64,000 nucleotides of DNA from Spirochaetales bacterium (GCA_050178795.1 JBFXFT010000003.1:3955-67954); one strand, 5' to 3'; counted from the stretch's first letter, positions 30,301 through 38,861 are shown. Numbers and translations are program-made. The notes: a model not told the origin generated them from the letters alone.

Positions 30301-32747
30301 GGCAAGTGTATATTTATTGCCGTTGTTCCGCCAGCGTTAATGGCACGCCTATAAGCAGAACTTGATATTCCTACAACCCTGTAAGTAGTCGTATTATGAA
30401 CTATGTTATTATAAATACTTAGGTTATTCCAATTGCCTCCATAGTAAACAACTTCAACACTGTTGCCGTCAATAATTCTATAATAGTTTAAATATTCGTC
30501 TATAAAGTCGTATGTGGTATAGGAATTTATGTACCACGCGTCCGTAATTGCATAATTTGTTTTGAATGACGTCATGTTTGAAGATGACATAAATAGTAGT
30601 GTCTTGTCTGATGTTAAGTTAGATATGTAGCTTAGTAAGGTAGATGTATTTTCGCTCTCATAAAAGACTTCGAGTAGTCCGTTTAATGAGGTGTTTACAT
30701 TAAATGCGTCTATGCCAACTGAAACTATTGAACTTGACAACGTAACTTGACCTATTGAAGTACCATAGAAAGCGGCACTTCCAATTGAAATTTCGTCAAC
30801 TGGGAAGTAAACATACTGCAATGTAACCTTATTGTAGAAGGCACTACTTGGAATTGCGTCGTTCTCAATGTTGGCAAACGACAAATCTAAAGACTCTAAA
30901 ACTGTCATATATGTGTTTATGAAAGTAAAGTCTAAAACTTTAACTACTGTCGTGTTGTAAGTGTAAAGAGCAATACCTTTAATGGTTGCAAGCCATGCTT
31001 CATACTCCGCTTGAGTTGCACCGTTATGAAGATTGTTGTAATACTCTTGCAAATAGTAGTTTACCGTCCTCGTGTCTGTTCCTATTGAGTCTAGTTGTAT
31101 ATTGACCCTGTAGTAGTCATTTGTTAAATCTATAACAGAATCGCTAGCATTATCAATGTTTTCAATATCAATGTCTAAGAAAACCAAAGAGCCGGTTACA
31201 CTATATCCTGTTGTGGAACCGGGACCGTTAATAACCCTTGTATTTATTGGGTTAGAAATGCTATTAAGTTCTCTTGACATCCAGCCAAGTGACCAAGTAG
31301 GAAGACCTATTGCAACACCTGTGGTTGAGAACTTATTTGAGTTATAAATATATATTTGAACATTGCTCTCTGGTTGTTGAGTCATACTAGAAAAGTCAAT
31401 GTTTTGAATTTCGCCGTAGTTATAAACCTCAATGTTGCTTGCGCCACTTACCGATGTAATTGCACCAGTTGTGCTTGCTACGCCTATTGAAACTCTTGTA
31501 TTGCTGTCTACTTCCATTGTTGCATAAGTAACAGCAATTGTAGAAATCTTTTTCATAACGGAAACGCCATATTGATAATAGCCATAAGTGTCTACATCGT
31601 TGTCATCTTTTAAACAGTTTACATAGAAGTCACCAGTGTTTTCATCTGTTCCGTTTCCTAGAATTACTGATTGTGCGCTACCACCAGATCCTAAAATTTT
31701 AAAGGTGGAATTTGGCGTATCAATAATCAGGTCTCCAAGTACATAAAGAGTGGAACTATCTGAAACGTCCAGTCTCGTTATGCCAGAACTACCTATATCA
31801 TAAGCAAGGTTACCATTAATTGTTAGCGTGTAACTGTTTAAAACAATGTTTACCCTGTGCGTTATTGTAACGTTTCTTGAAATTGCAATGTTGGTAGTAA
31901 GATAAAGTGTGTCACCATTTGACGCACTGTTTATTGCGTTTATAAATGCATCAGAAGTTGAAACGTAAATAGATAGTCCGCTATCGTCGTTGTCGTCATC
32001 TGGTGCGTTTGTTTGTTTTAGAGTAACAATTGCGTTTATAGAAATTTCTCTTTCCTCTTGTGTCAAATTGTTATACTCGGTTAAAAGCTCTGTAGGTATT
32101 TCACTAAGAGCGACATCTAGTCTATAAAAAGTGGACTCAGTAGCCTCGGTAGTACCCATATTTATTACTGGCAAACTATTTGCAATACAATAGCCGTTCG
32201 TAGTAATGTTTGAAATATAGGTTGTTATGTTGGAAGCAATTGTATCTTGAAAGTCTTCGTTATAAGCGGATACATTTTCTCTAGCCGTAACTTGGCTATA
32301 CGCGTTAACTGCATCGGTAACATCTACTAGTTGATAGTAGTAGTAACTCAAAAACTCTGTTATGTTTGTATTGTCATAATAAACCCTTAAAATAGATTTT
32401 AAGTCAATAGTTCCAGTATTTTCAACTTCAAGATAAATTGATGTATACTCGTTTGAGTACCATGGCTTTTGAATAAGGTCATAAGTTGTAACGCTCGTAG
32501 CAGAAGAATAAATACTTACTGCATCAGTTAGTCCGTCAATGTAGGTATCTCCGCCAAGTGAATCGTCATAGTTTTCATAAATTCTAACAGTGGCAGCAAG
32601 TTCGCCTAAATTTAATGTACCAGCAATATCGGTTAATTGAGAAGAAAACCATGCATAGGTCACAGTTACATTAAAAACTATAAAAACTAAAATCAAATAA
32701 ACTAAAATAAATGGGCTTAATTTAGTATGGCTTTTAAATTTACGCAT
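24369..32747 (-). CDS. Giant (2792 aa) SipW-substrate surface protein with BspA-type leucine-rich repeats
   Basis: TYAWFS signal; many IGxxAFxx repeats (LRR_5-like); IYVP..L..Y caps; no LPxTG or C-terminal TM. Confidence 0.85.
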   Translation of the reverse strand: MRKFKSHTKLSPFILVYLILVFIVFNVTVTYAWFSSQLTDIAGTLNLGELAATVRIYENYDDSLGGDTYIDGLTDAVSIYSSATSVTTYDLIQKPWYSNEYTSIYLEVENTGTIDLKSILRVYYDNTNITEFLSYYYYQLVDVTDAVNAYSQVTARENVSAYNEDFQDTIASNITTYISNITTNGYCIANSLPVINMGTTEATESTFYRLDVALSEIPTELLTEYNNLTQEEREISINAIVTLKQTNAPDDDNDDSGLSIYVSTSDAFINAINSASNGDTLYLTTNIAISRNVTITHRVNIVLNSYTLTINGNLAYDIGSSGITRLDVSDSSTLYVLGDLIIDTPNSTFKILGSGGSAQSVILGNGTDENTGDFYVNCLKDDNDVDTYGYYQYGVSVMKKISTIAVTYATMEVDSNTRVSIGVASTTGAITSVSGASNIEVYNYGEIQNIDFSSMTQQPESNVQIYIYNSNKFSTTGVAIGLPTWSLGWMSRELNSISNPINTRVINGPGSTTGYSVTGSLVFLDIDIENIDNASDSVIDLTNDYYRVNIQLDSIGTDTRTVNYYLQEYYNNLHNGATQAEYEAWLATIKGIALYTYNTTVVKVLDFTFINTYMTVLESLDLSFANIENDAIPSSAFYNKVTLQYVYFPVDEISIGSAAFYGTSIGQVTLSSSIVSVGIDAFNVNTSLNGLLEVFYESENTSTLLSYISNLTSDKTLLFMSSSNMTSFKTNYAITDAWYINSYTTYDFIDEYLNYYRIIDGNSVEVVYYGGNWNNLSIYNNIVHNTTTYRVVGISSSAYRRAINAGGTTAINIHLPSNMTYIRTDIFYNAYIDNLDLGNVASIGNYAFYNARITTSNARPTSFSAMTAVGIQAFANSTIGTTGTTSLSTFETANTTDGVINNTLDLHGTYAIGDGAFNSASFYGVVLDLSGITSITASMTNNFSLYGCELYLDGVTTIGDSAFELKFKSYTELYPYNKVSAFEVMTIGRLAFKGMYLDEFSIGIKTLYVSQAEVNTYCSYGGTTSGMIYSDFQATNLIIDGMLPEISSGKATFLFGSETSDREYDNVTIKNTNGLLYDFMFYGSALANAITITNLNLYDISNIGSYAFYYATVTNVYSYSGETLLDDSAATIIQEYAFRYSDVGSLGDLTLVAIETYAFADSIVPATGIDVTGTVANYAFYNSDTTGVTAISFDGTIGSYVFDGASLYTVTSMYLSGTIGQYTFENARIYDCTSLVFEDIAIASNTFLNTIISSACYIDTLGTSSAATLSFYTLSATTSTLDLTSCLTIANEALRDIEVLTVRLGNTTFYNNNQSNFVYGTSAGGIFTGGDVSTITNLYIDGELPVQRLGTYVLGANGANIYISNIYITQYCTNIPDYMFYSYSVSGRLIVTDMYIQSEDLTIGEYAFNCISVGNIEYDALNYGELSFTGDYAFHFATIGDFTNFVYYDDLLLDYAGVLQDVTEYAFQYTTFSQDSDLSLFEYASSIGNFAFEHATFTASSGGAKVSFDFTRVPTIGHSIFENIYSPLGTITLGNNEYYNSHLPEYYYGNESGSEGIFGDAGTITVEEVIIAGNLPDANVNEMYQTRALGLSGNSSLTIGVLTIEAAVTILPDYGFSGYSTSYRNHITTLDIYSSSLNIGEDSFAYTDITYFNIYSSSLDFNTKSFEYSILRNIVYDRTSGVGEITYNAGAEYTFQYATIYAITGLTDASSGVVQEISAYSFYHATFGTDCNVTFINYAEVIENNAFMYTTFSKTSANAYVSLDLSHAITLGEELFAFIPIKIGSLTLGNSSYAALYGDSYSYGDGVNGVLYGAGRIDVLNIVGNLPAINSYNALGNSYVDNSWSVDYGIINISSSVTTIPASVFISQSSSVPVTIETLNVNANNITIGQNAFYYAHIGTINFTNTSLDINTSAFNTNVISTININASTVDLGNSAFANSVITNIIYNGSTSGVISMTGPSTFANSTIDVMTGLTYEISSVEYGIVYNITSYAFSNAVFAQDCDLAWVQHVDSIGTYAFSETTFTKTSSDNFVDFDLTDVVTIGANAFYHLPISLGVVTIGNSSYTSNPFYAYGDGTYGIFNNAGLIQHLIIAGTLPLTSNMLGNQTSNISYLTTYVVVEINSGITSLPAGLFAGADTVYSTHIGSLYIYPTSLVVGANFLYNTVVTNLYIPNTTTFNGVGANAFRNSSITNINIPNTLTLTGAVDSYAFHSFDFTDVTLNVSSVSYLGAYAFSYITYDDALTFNSALTLIDANYAFAFANISGNLTFNSIRSLGSNMFNGIVSGTNVTYTFVFEECLSVTSDYAFANMNGGGTAHLIIGGLPTLNSYRAFYDSTNVLTIVFDSELINLNADNIFELADELISISFNNEIYVTVVNATITTIPSTVKIYVPGSLLSDYLMDQYWSLVMSQISTTYNIDYSSTWGFYILGTTYTAHICKYLGVLTTVAIPATLTYRSQTYTVLSLGADVFSGTAVTVITIPRGVENVNMDMFSNSEIEDVSFTGTGTEPFYIDTDANSNKVIYESSDMTVLYKYLPSNTSTSYTIETTVIEIAEKAFYHNDYLQTLTFIAGTVQNTNINSYVTTYPYNLTLSQYAIAENSALTTVHLQNNSSGFGVLLSSYAIASNPVLTSISITGFASIINSYSIYNNTAVTLVELHPATSYAYGNKGKVYSNISIEPYAFFGTGTTTGTACFYTDTYENYIYSRAFSNSRITLFEFNVNVTVTGYNVDVYNADAFAVGVTVEVNANGDVVQTYESIVIRVPSTLLATYQALPGFSFYYDSIVGVTTFTHVP

Positions 32748-32787
32748 TTGTTCTCCTCCTTTAAAGTATTGCGGTTAAACTTACTGA

Positions 32788-33399
32788 TTAGTTATAAACT
32801 ACTGTCGTTGTACCTAGGCTTATGTATGTATTTGCAATTTCCATACCAGCGTCTGAGTCTATGTAAATGTACCAGTAAAGTGATAATGTTTGTCCTGCCT
32901 CTATCGTGTAGGCGGTTAGTAGAGGAACGCTCCTCAAAGTATATTGGTCAGTTTGGCTATCATAAACAGCCGAAGTTTTATAAATACCTTTTGCGATTAT
33001 TGGGTCGTTGGTTCCAAAATAAAGGTAGTCATTTAGTGGCGAATCATAAACGACATTTTGCAAATATAGGCTTATAATCATATCGTTTTGTTGAGACTCG
33101 TTTTCAATGTCGGTCATTATGTGAACGAAACTTCCAGGAATTAAATTATTTTCTGTAAAGCCAACTTGTGGGTCAATCTCTTCATACACGAAGTTGTTAT
33201 AAATGTCGGTATATCCGTAATGGTTTGTGACATTTGAGTCAACAGAACCAATATAAATTGTCCTGTTATAGGACATTGTTTTACCTATGTAGCCTTGACC
33301 GTTAAACCAAGCATAAACAGAAGTTATATTGGCAACTAGTAGAAGCACTACCAAACTAAAACTTACAAGTATTGGTGTTAATTTATTTTTACGTTCCAT
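32788..33399 (-). CDS. SipW-substrate secreted protein (minor subunit)
   Basis: Signal peptide ending VYAWFN; NLIPGS TasA-like motif; start overlaps the upstream stop. Confidence 0.75.
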   Translation of the reverse strand: MERKNKLTPILVSFSLVVLLLVANITSVYAWFNGQGYIGKTMSYNRTIYIGSVDSNVTNHYGYTDIYNNFVYEEIDPQVGFTENNLIPGSFVHIMTDIENESQQNDMIISLYLQNVVYDSPLNDYLYFGTNDPIIAKGIYKTSAVYDSQTDQYTLRSVPLLTAYTIEAGQTLSLYWYIYIDSDAGMEIANTYISLGTTTVVYN

Positions 33400-34316
33400 T
33401 AAATCACCTCACTTTCTGCAATATTGTCAAATTGCAAAGCGATGTTTAATAAAGAACCTGCAATAGAGTTTGTGCAAAGTGGGTCGCCACCTTCTAGCCA
33501 AATTCTAACAACGACGTGTATTTGCACTCCGTTTGTTAAATAGTACAAAGTATGTGATGCGCTAAACACGGAATCTTCATAGCCATTGTATCCCGCAAAT
33601 GTTTCAACGTCTTGGTCTGTAGTATAGCCAACTTTTGTTATGCTATCAATATTGCTTACTGCTTCCGTGTAATAGTTGCCGTAATACTCTTGCCTATTGC
33701 CAATTATTTTTGTTGTAGTAGATTCGCCTTCAACAAAAGTTAGTGAAACCCTTACTGGGTTAATTAAGTTATTGCTAATGTCTTTAATGTAGGAATTGGT
33801 GTCATCAAAAATCAAGTAACGATTGTCACCTGTTGATTCAAGTGTTAAGTCAAAATAAATAAAACTTACATTCCTGTCTGATAGGTCGGCATCTCTGAAT
33901 TGAATAATTCCTATTTCGTCGCTCGCTACATCAATGCCCTCATAAATATTTTCTTCATCAACATAGTAAGTTCCTGAGTCTCGTAGGAATAGGTCGCGAC
34001 CATCGCTACTAGACGCCTCCTTTAATGAGAATGTAGAAAAAGATGCACCCAAGTAATTGTTAATATTAATTGACTCGGACACATTGCCATTTACTGTCAT
34101 AACCAAACCTTGTGATTCACCAAGTACAATATTGACACCAGTGATATCCGAAAACTCGGTTGAGAAAACCCAAGCATAAGAAACGGAAATAATGCCAACA
34201 ACCAAAATAAGGGTAAGCGAAATCAATAACGATACATTTGATTTTAACGCTACCCTACTTTGTGGAGTTATTTTAACTTGACTTGATTCTCTTTTTTCCA
34301 TTTTGTCATCAACCAT
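33399..34316 (-). CDS. SipW-substrate secreted protein (minor subunit)
   Basis: SYAWVF after a hydrophobic stretch; EASSSDG, VRVSL, IWLEGGDPLCTN. Confidence 0.75.
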   Translation of the reverse strand: MVDDKMEKRESSQVKITPQSRVALKSNVSLLISLTLILVVGIISVSYAWVFSTEFSDITGVNIVLGESQGLVMTVNGNVSESININNYLGASFSTFSLKEASSSDGRDLFLRDSGTYYVDEENIYEGIDVASDEIGIIQFRDADLSDRNVSFIYFDLTLESTGDNRYLIFDDTNSYIKDISNNLINPVRVSLTFVEGESTTTKIIGNRQEYYGNYYTEAVSNIDSITKVGYTTDQDVETFAGYNGYEDSVFSASHTLYYLTNGVQIHVVVRIWLEGGDPLCTNSIAGSLLNIALQFDNIAESEVI

Positions 34317-34765
34317 TTAAAATTCCACGACTAAATCATCTTTTAACAAAACACAATGCTAAAGTTTTGGATGATTAGTGCTTGTTTTGTCCTTATGTTT
34401 TAATCTAGACAAATTAACGAGTATACAAAATTACAAAAATTTCTAAATAAATGTAAAAACTATACACTCATACCTAATATACAAAAAAAATCAACCTTCG
34501 GTCAAATAAAACAAAGCCCTTTCAATTAAATTATTATATATAATAATAAAATATATACAAAATTTCTCAAAAAATTTTTTAGTTATAATTTTATGACTAT
34601 TTTTTGATGCATTTTTTGCTTTTTTGATAAGTGAACACCAAAAAATGTTTTAAAAATTATCTAAAAAACATTATAAAAACATAAAAATTATTAAATTTAT
34701 TTCTCTTGCCTTATTTAAAATTTTATGATAACATTATATTATTCTAAAAAGGAGAATGTTTGTAA

Positions 34766-35158
34766 ATGAAGAGCAATAAAAGATTATTATTAATCACTTC
34801 AATTTCTACTGGCTTAATTGTTTTATCCAAAGGTGCATCTCTTTTAATTAACACTTTTGTAGACGATATGGTAGGCTTTGGCGAAACATGGTATTTGGTA
34901 TTATTCCTTGTTTCAAGTTTAGTACTACTTGGCGTTCCTACTTTAATGATTAAAGTTGGACTAGTAAAATTTGGAAGAATTCTTTACGTGGTACTTGCGT
35001 TAATGATTTATGTCGTTCAAATGGTATCATTCTATGTTTTATCTCCAGAAGTATCAGTCACTTTTATTGTAGATGGTTACCTACCTCTACTATTTGTTGA
35101 GACTGCAATTTTATTAGCATCTGCCGTACTGGTTCTAGACACCAAGGTAGAAGAGTAA
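34766..35158 (+). CDS. Small membrane protein (about 4 TM)
   Basis: AAGGAG RBS; hydrophobic 130-aa ORF. Confidence 0.7.
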   Translation: MKSNKRLLLITSISTGLIVLSKGASLLINTFVDDMVGFGETWYLVLFLVSSLVLLGVPTLMIKVGLVKFGRILYVVLALMIYVVQMVSFYVLSPEVSVTFIVDGYLPLLFVETAILLASAVLVLDTKVEE

Positions 35159-35215
35159 ATGCAGTAAAAAGACAATTTTGGTACATATCACACGGTTTGA
35201 TATGTATATTGGTTG

Positions 35216-35254
35216 GCAATAAAAAAACAGGTTTTAGACCTGTTTTTTATTTGC
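35216..35254. terminator. Bidirectional intrinsic terminator
   Basis: AAAAAAACAGGT-TTTAG-ACCTGTTTTTT between convergent genes. Confidence 0.8.
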
Positions 35255-35267
35255 TATTAAAAATAAA

Positions 35268-35492
35268 TTATCTTGACTTGTTTTGATTCTTTTTCTTTGC
35301 TAATTTTTCCATTATTTCTTTATTTATTCTCGCTGCAAATTCTTCATCTGTTTCATTTAAGTATGCATCAGAGTCTTCAGATTTTACAATTTTATAAAGT
35401 TTTACTTGTCTTGCTATATAAATTATAAGTGGAACCGCTATTGTAAGAAATACTAAAACAGTAACCAAAATATAAACAGTTAAACTACCCAT
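35268..35492 (-). CDS. Small single-TM protein
   Basis: GGGAG RBS; N-terminal TM, charged tail. Confidence 0.65.
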   Translation of the reverse strand: MGSLTVYILVTVLVFLTIAVPLIIYIARQVKLYKIVKSEDSDAYLNETDEEFAARINKEIMEKLAKKKNQNKSR

Positions 35493-35707
35493 ACCTTTTT
35501 CTCCCGCGCTTATTATAACACAAAAGTTTAAAAAAATTGCAACTTTTATTGATGCAATAATTATTTTTAAAATAAAAAAAAGAAGTTAAAAAACTTCTTT
35601 TGTTTTTATAAACGTCGTAAAATAATAATTCTATAAAGTGTATATAAAATCATTTTTTAAAATCTGCATAAGTGTTAGTGCGCTTAAAAAGTTAATTGCA
35701 AATCTTT

Positions 35708-35914
35708 TTAGTAACCCTTTCCCAGCTCATCAATTTCTTGTGCAACTGCTGTTGCGGACATAACCCTGCTAGCTTGTGCCACTTTTGCAGTGCCACGAGA
35801 ACTCAATAATGTGTTGTGTTGTATTTTGTTGAATTGCTCACACATTTCAAGTCCTGCTAATGCCGTTAATGAATTAGCCCTCTTGTCTCCAAATAATTCG
35901 TTTCCCATAATCAT
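35708..35914 (-). CDS. Small hypothetical protein
   Basis: AGGAG RBS; 68 aa; directly downstream of 35933-36379. Confidence 0.55.
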   Translation of the reverse strand: MIMGNELFGDKRANSLTALAGLEMCEQFNKIQHNTLLSSRGTAKVAQASRVMSATAVAQEIDELGKGY

Positions 35915-35932
35915 TCTCCTATTTTAGTGCTG

Positions 35933-36379
35933 CTAGTTTTTTTTGATTGATTGAACAACGTCTTTTAACATGTGGTATAAGTCTAATTTTTTAATCTTTC
36001 TTAGGTCAATAACTTTATTATCTTTAAAAGTTGCGGAGATAGAATAGAAATGTTCTTTAAAGTAAAAATATGTTTGCAAAACTCTACTATTGTCTTTTTC
36101 AACTAACACATAATAATCAGTGTTGTTTGAAACTTTTTTTACCAAAGTGGTCTTGTAACCCTTTAATAAAATTTGACGCAAATTGAAATTGACAAGTTCA
36201 TGTATGTCGTCTATTATTTCCATCTTGCCTCTAGTGCCAGTAAGCGTAGCGTGTGGCAAACTATATGCAAATAACATATATGGTGCCCATCCGCTCTTAG
36301 CGTATCTGGTTGAGTCAATTAATTGCCCTTCGTTTGGTAATTCTACAGAAATATTAAAATTACTCAACATTACTTGCAT
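35933..36379 (-). CDS. Hypothetical protein
   Basis: AAGGGAG RBS; 148 aa. Confidence 0.6.
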   Translation of the reverse strand: MQVMLSNFNISVELPNEGQLIDSTRYAKSGWAPYMLFAYSLPHATLTGTRGKMEIIDDIHELVNFNLRQILLKGYKTTLVKKVSNNTDYYVLVEKDNSRVLQTYFYFKEHFYSISATFKDNKVIDLRKIKKLDLYHMLKDVVQSIKKN

Positions 36380-36576
36380 TACGAATACTCCCTTTAAAGT
36401 CTATTCAGTATTATGTTAGACCAAAATTGCATTTTTGTCAACCCTCTTTATTGCGTAAAAGACAAAAAAATACCCCTTAATATGACAAAAATATGTATTT
36501 TTTGCGTTTTTTAGACATTTTAAGCAAAAAAAATAAACTGAACTTAAATCAAATTGCTCCAGTTTATTTTGTTTTA

Positions 36577-37947
36577 TTATGCCGAATGTTCTATTGAATC
36601 CTCGTGTTTAGGTTTGTCTTTTATCAGTAGCAAATTTAAAAATTTACCATTGCTCTTCGTTTCAATAAAGCAGTCTATGCGCTTGTCTTCAGTTAAAAGT
36701 TTATCCATTCCGCCTTCTTCAATAAGCCACCTATCAACTTTTTGTTTCAATTCATCAGAATCAAACTCTCCTGCTAAATCCATATAAAGCACTTCCAAAC
36801 TATTATCTATCATTCCATAGTTGGTATAAAGATTTTTTGGGTTAAGCCCCAATTGCTTATAAAGATTTTTTAAAACACGAAACTCTGCACCATCTATGTA
36901 TTCCTCAAGCATATAGGCAAGCCCATAGCGCTTAGCGTCCTCACTGTTTCTGTTTTCCTCAAATGGTTTATATTTTATTCCAAACAAAGATGTACTATTG
37001 ATTGGTCGTCTTTCGCTATAATAGTTTACCTCAACGGTATACTTTAATTCATCTTCTGTACCTACGGTCTTTTTAAAATATTCCCTGCCAAGTGCCAAAG
37101 CCTTTTCATATTCGCTTGGTCTTACGCTTAGAGTATTGTAATAAATAAAACCATATTCGCTGAGTGTCTTTAAATTTTCCCTCAAAAATTGCGTAAACTT
37201 TTCGCCCCTCTCGTGATCGTCGTCGTGAACGGCAAAAACTGGAACTTTGCCCCTATTTTTTGAGTTTATTTTTTTTAAACGTAATTGGTGTTTTACAATC
37301 CCTCTATCGGCATCACTCTTTACATTGCTTTTTAGTGTTTCTTCAATCAAACTGTTTATTATGTTAGGAAATTCTGTCAAAAACTCGTGGTTTGTTTTTA
37401 GTTCCATTTTTTTAGGGAATGTATCTTTTTTTATTCTTTCTAGTTCGCCCTCAAAATTTGTATTGTACCAATCATAAAACTTTTGTGAGCGGTTTGGGCT
37501 ATATTTAATTTGTTCCAAAATGTCTTGCTTTAAAGATGTTGCAGGGTAAACAATAGTGTAGTCTATGCGCCTTTTTGCCATTTCTTCGCACACTTCCTTA
37601 TTGCTAGAAATAAAAATACAAAGATATTTGCCCATGTTGTTTTCAACAAAGTCTACATAGTTTTTAGGAAATTTGGGGTTTTGAATGCGGTTTTCTTTAT
37701 CTATCCACAAAAACTCACCCAAATGTACGTCTAATATATCTTTTTCAAATCCGTAAGCCATTTGGTGCGATATTAAATTAAAGGTCCTTGAACTAGTTGT
37801 TTTTCCGCTCATCGGAAAAGCGCTAATGATTTGCGTAGAGACATTTTTTACAAGTGGTTCATAATCTGGTCTAAACTTTAGCCTTGTTTTGCCGTCTATC
37901 GTATTTGAAGAATATTTTTCAAAAGCGTTATTGACATTTTTTTCCAT
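36577..37947 (-). CDS. P-loop kinase-like protein fused to an unknown C-terminal domain
   Basis: IISAFPMSGKTT P-loop; NPKFPKNYV, IFISS, IVYP. Confidence 0.6.
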   Translation of the reverse strand: MEKNVNNAFEKYSSNTIDGKTRLKFRPDYEPLVKNVSTQIISAFPMSGKTTSSRTFNLISHQMAYGFEKDILDVHLGEFLWIDKENRIQNPKFPKNYVDFVENNMGKYLCIFISSNKEVCEEMAKRRIDYTIVYPATSLKQDILEQIKYSPNRSQKFYDWYNTNFEGELERIKKDTFPKKMELKTNHEFLTEFPNIINSLIEETLKSNVKSDADRGIVKHQLRLKKINSKNRGKVPVFAVHDDDHERGEKFTQFLRENLKTLSEYGFIYYNTLSVRPSEYEKALALGREYFKKTVGTEDELKYTVEVNYYSERRPINSTSLFGIKYKPFEENRNSEDAKRYGLAYMLEEYIDGAEFRVLKNLYKQLGLNPKNLYTNYGMIDNSLEVLYMDLAGEFDSDELKQKVDRWLIEEGGMDKLLTEDKRIDCFIETKSNGKFLNLLLIKDKPKHEDSIEHSA

Positions 37948-38767
37948 TTATTGCCCCCAAAAATAATTTTGCGTCATCATTTTTATTTTTGTAAATACAT
38001 TGCACTGGTATGTTATATGCACCAGAAATGTTTAATATTTTAAAGTCTCGCGTCAAATATTCCTTTGGCGCAAAACCAACACAGTCCATTTCTGATACAA
38101 AGTCTACAATTAACTCATCGTGTCCCAGTTGAATTTTATTACTAAATTTTTTAAATTGAGACTCCAACTCTTGAATGTTTAAATAACGAAGTTTGCTGCC
38201 AAAATCTTTAATAACAACTGGATAATTGTAACAATTTTCCGCATTAATTAGGTTTCCAAAAGTAAAAAATACATAGTGCAAATTGCCAATAATTTGGCAT
38301 TCAAGCGTGTCGCTCTTTGGTTGATTATAGTCTTTTAAAATGGCAAAATCACACTCGTTGTTTTCAACCGCTAAAATTGTCTCTTTGTTAGATAAATGAT
38401 TTAAAACTCTTATATTGTAATTTGCAAAATTTTTAACATACGGTGCAAAATATTGCCTTGCTAAAATTTGAGAACAAGCAATAGTCAAAACTTTTTTGTG
38501 AGTTATTTTTCGCTTTAACTTGCCCTCTGCCAATGTAAGAGCACTTATTGGTTTATTTACCTCATCTAAAAGTTCTTTGCCCTTTAATGTTAATACTAGT
38601 CCTCTTCTTGTCCTTTCAAAAAGTTTTACGTCTAATAACCCCTCTAATTTTTTTAAAGACTGGCTAATAGCGCTTTGCGTTACATGCAACTCTTGAGAGG
38701 CTTTATTCATACTTCCGCAGGTCGCTACACTTACAAATATTTTATATAATTCAAAATCAATATCCAT
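37928..38767 (-). CDS. LysR family transcriptional regulator
   Basis: GSMNKASQELHVTQSAISQSLKKLE...LFERTRRGLVLT. Confidence 0.93.
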   Translation of the reverse strand: MDIDFELYKIFVSVATCGSMNKASQELHVTQSAISQSLKKLEGLLDVKLFERTRRGLVLTLKGKELLDEVNKPISALTLAEGKLKRKITHKKVLTIACSQILARQYFAPYVKNFANYNIRVLNHLSNKETILAVENNECDFAILKDYNQPKSDTLECQIIGNLHYVFFTFGNLINAENCYNYPVVIKDFGSKLRYLNIQELESQFKKFSNKIQLGHDELIVDFVSEMDCVGFAPKEYLTRDFKILNISGAYNIPVQCIYKNKNDDAKLFLGAINGKKCQ

Positions 38768-38861
38768 AACAAAAACTCCTTATAAGGATATTAGCACATC
38801 TTAGTACTAAAAACAATACCCTATACAAAAAATAATTATGGGTTTGCATCTATAATTTTTA

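Noticed and set aside
19199-34316. Type IV pilus or sortase pilus locus
   Set aside because: No G|FxxxE prepilin motif, prepilin peptidase, LPxTG motif or sortase in the locus
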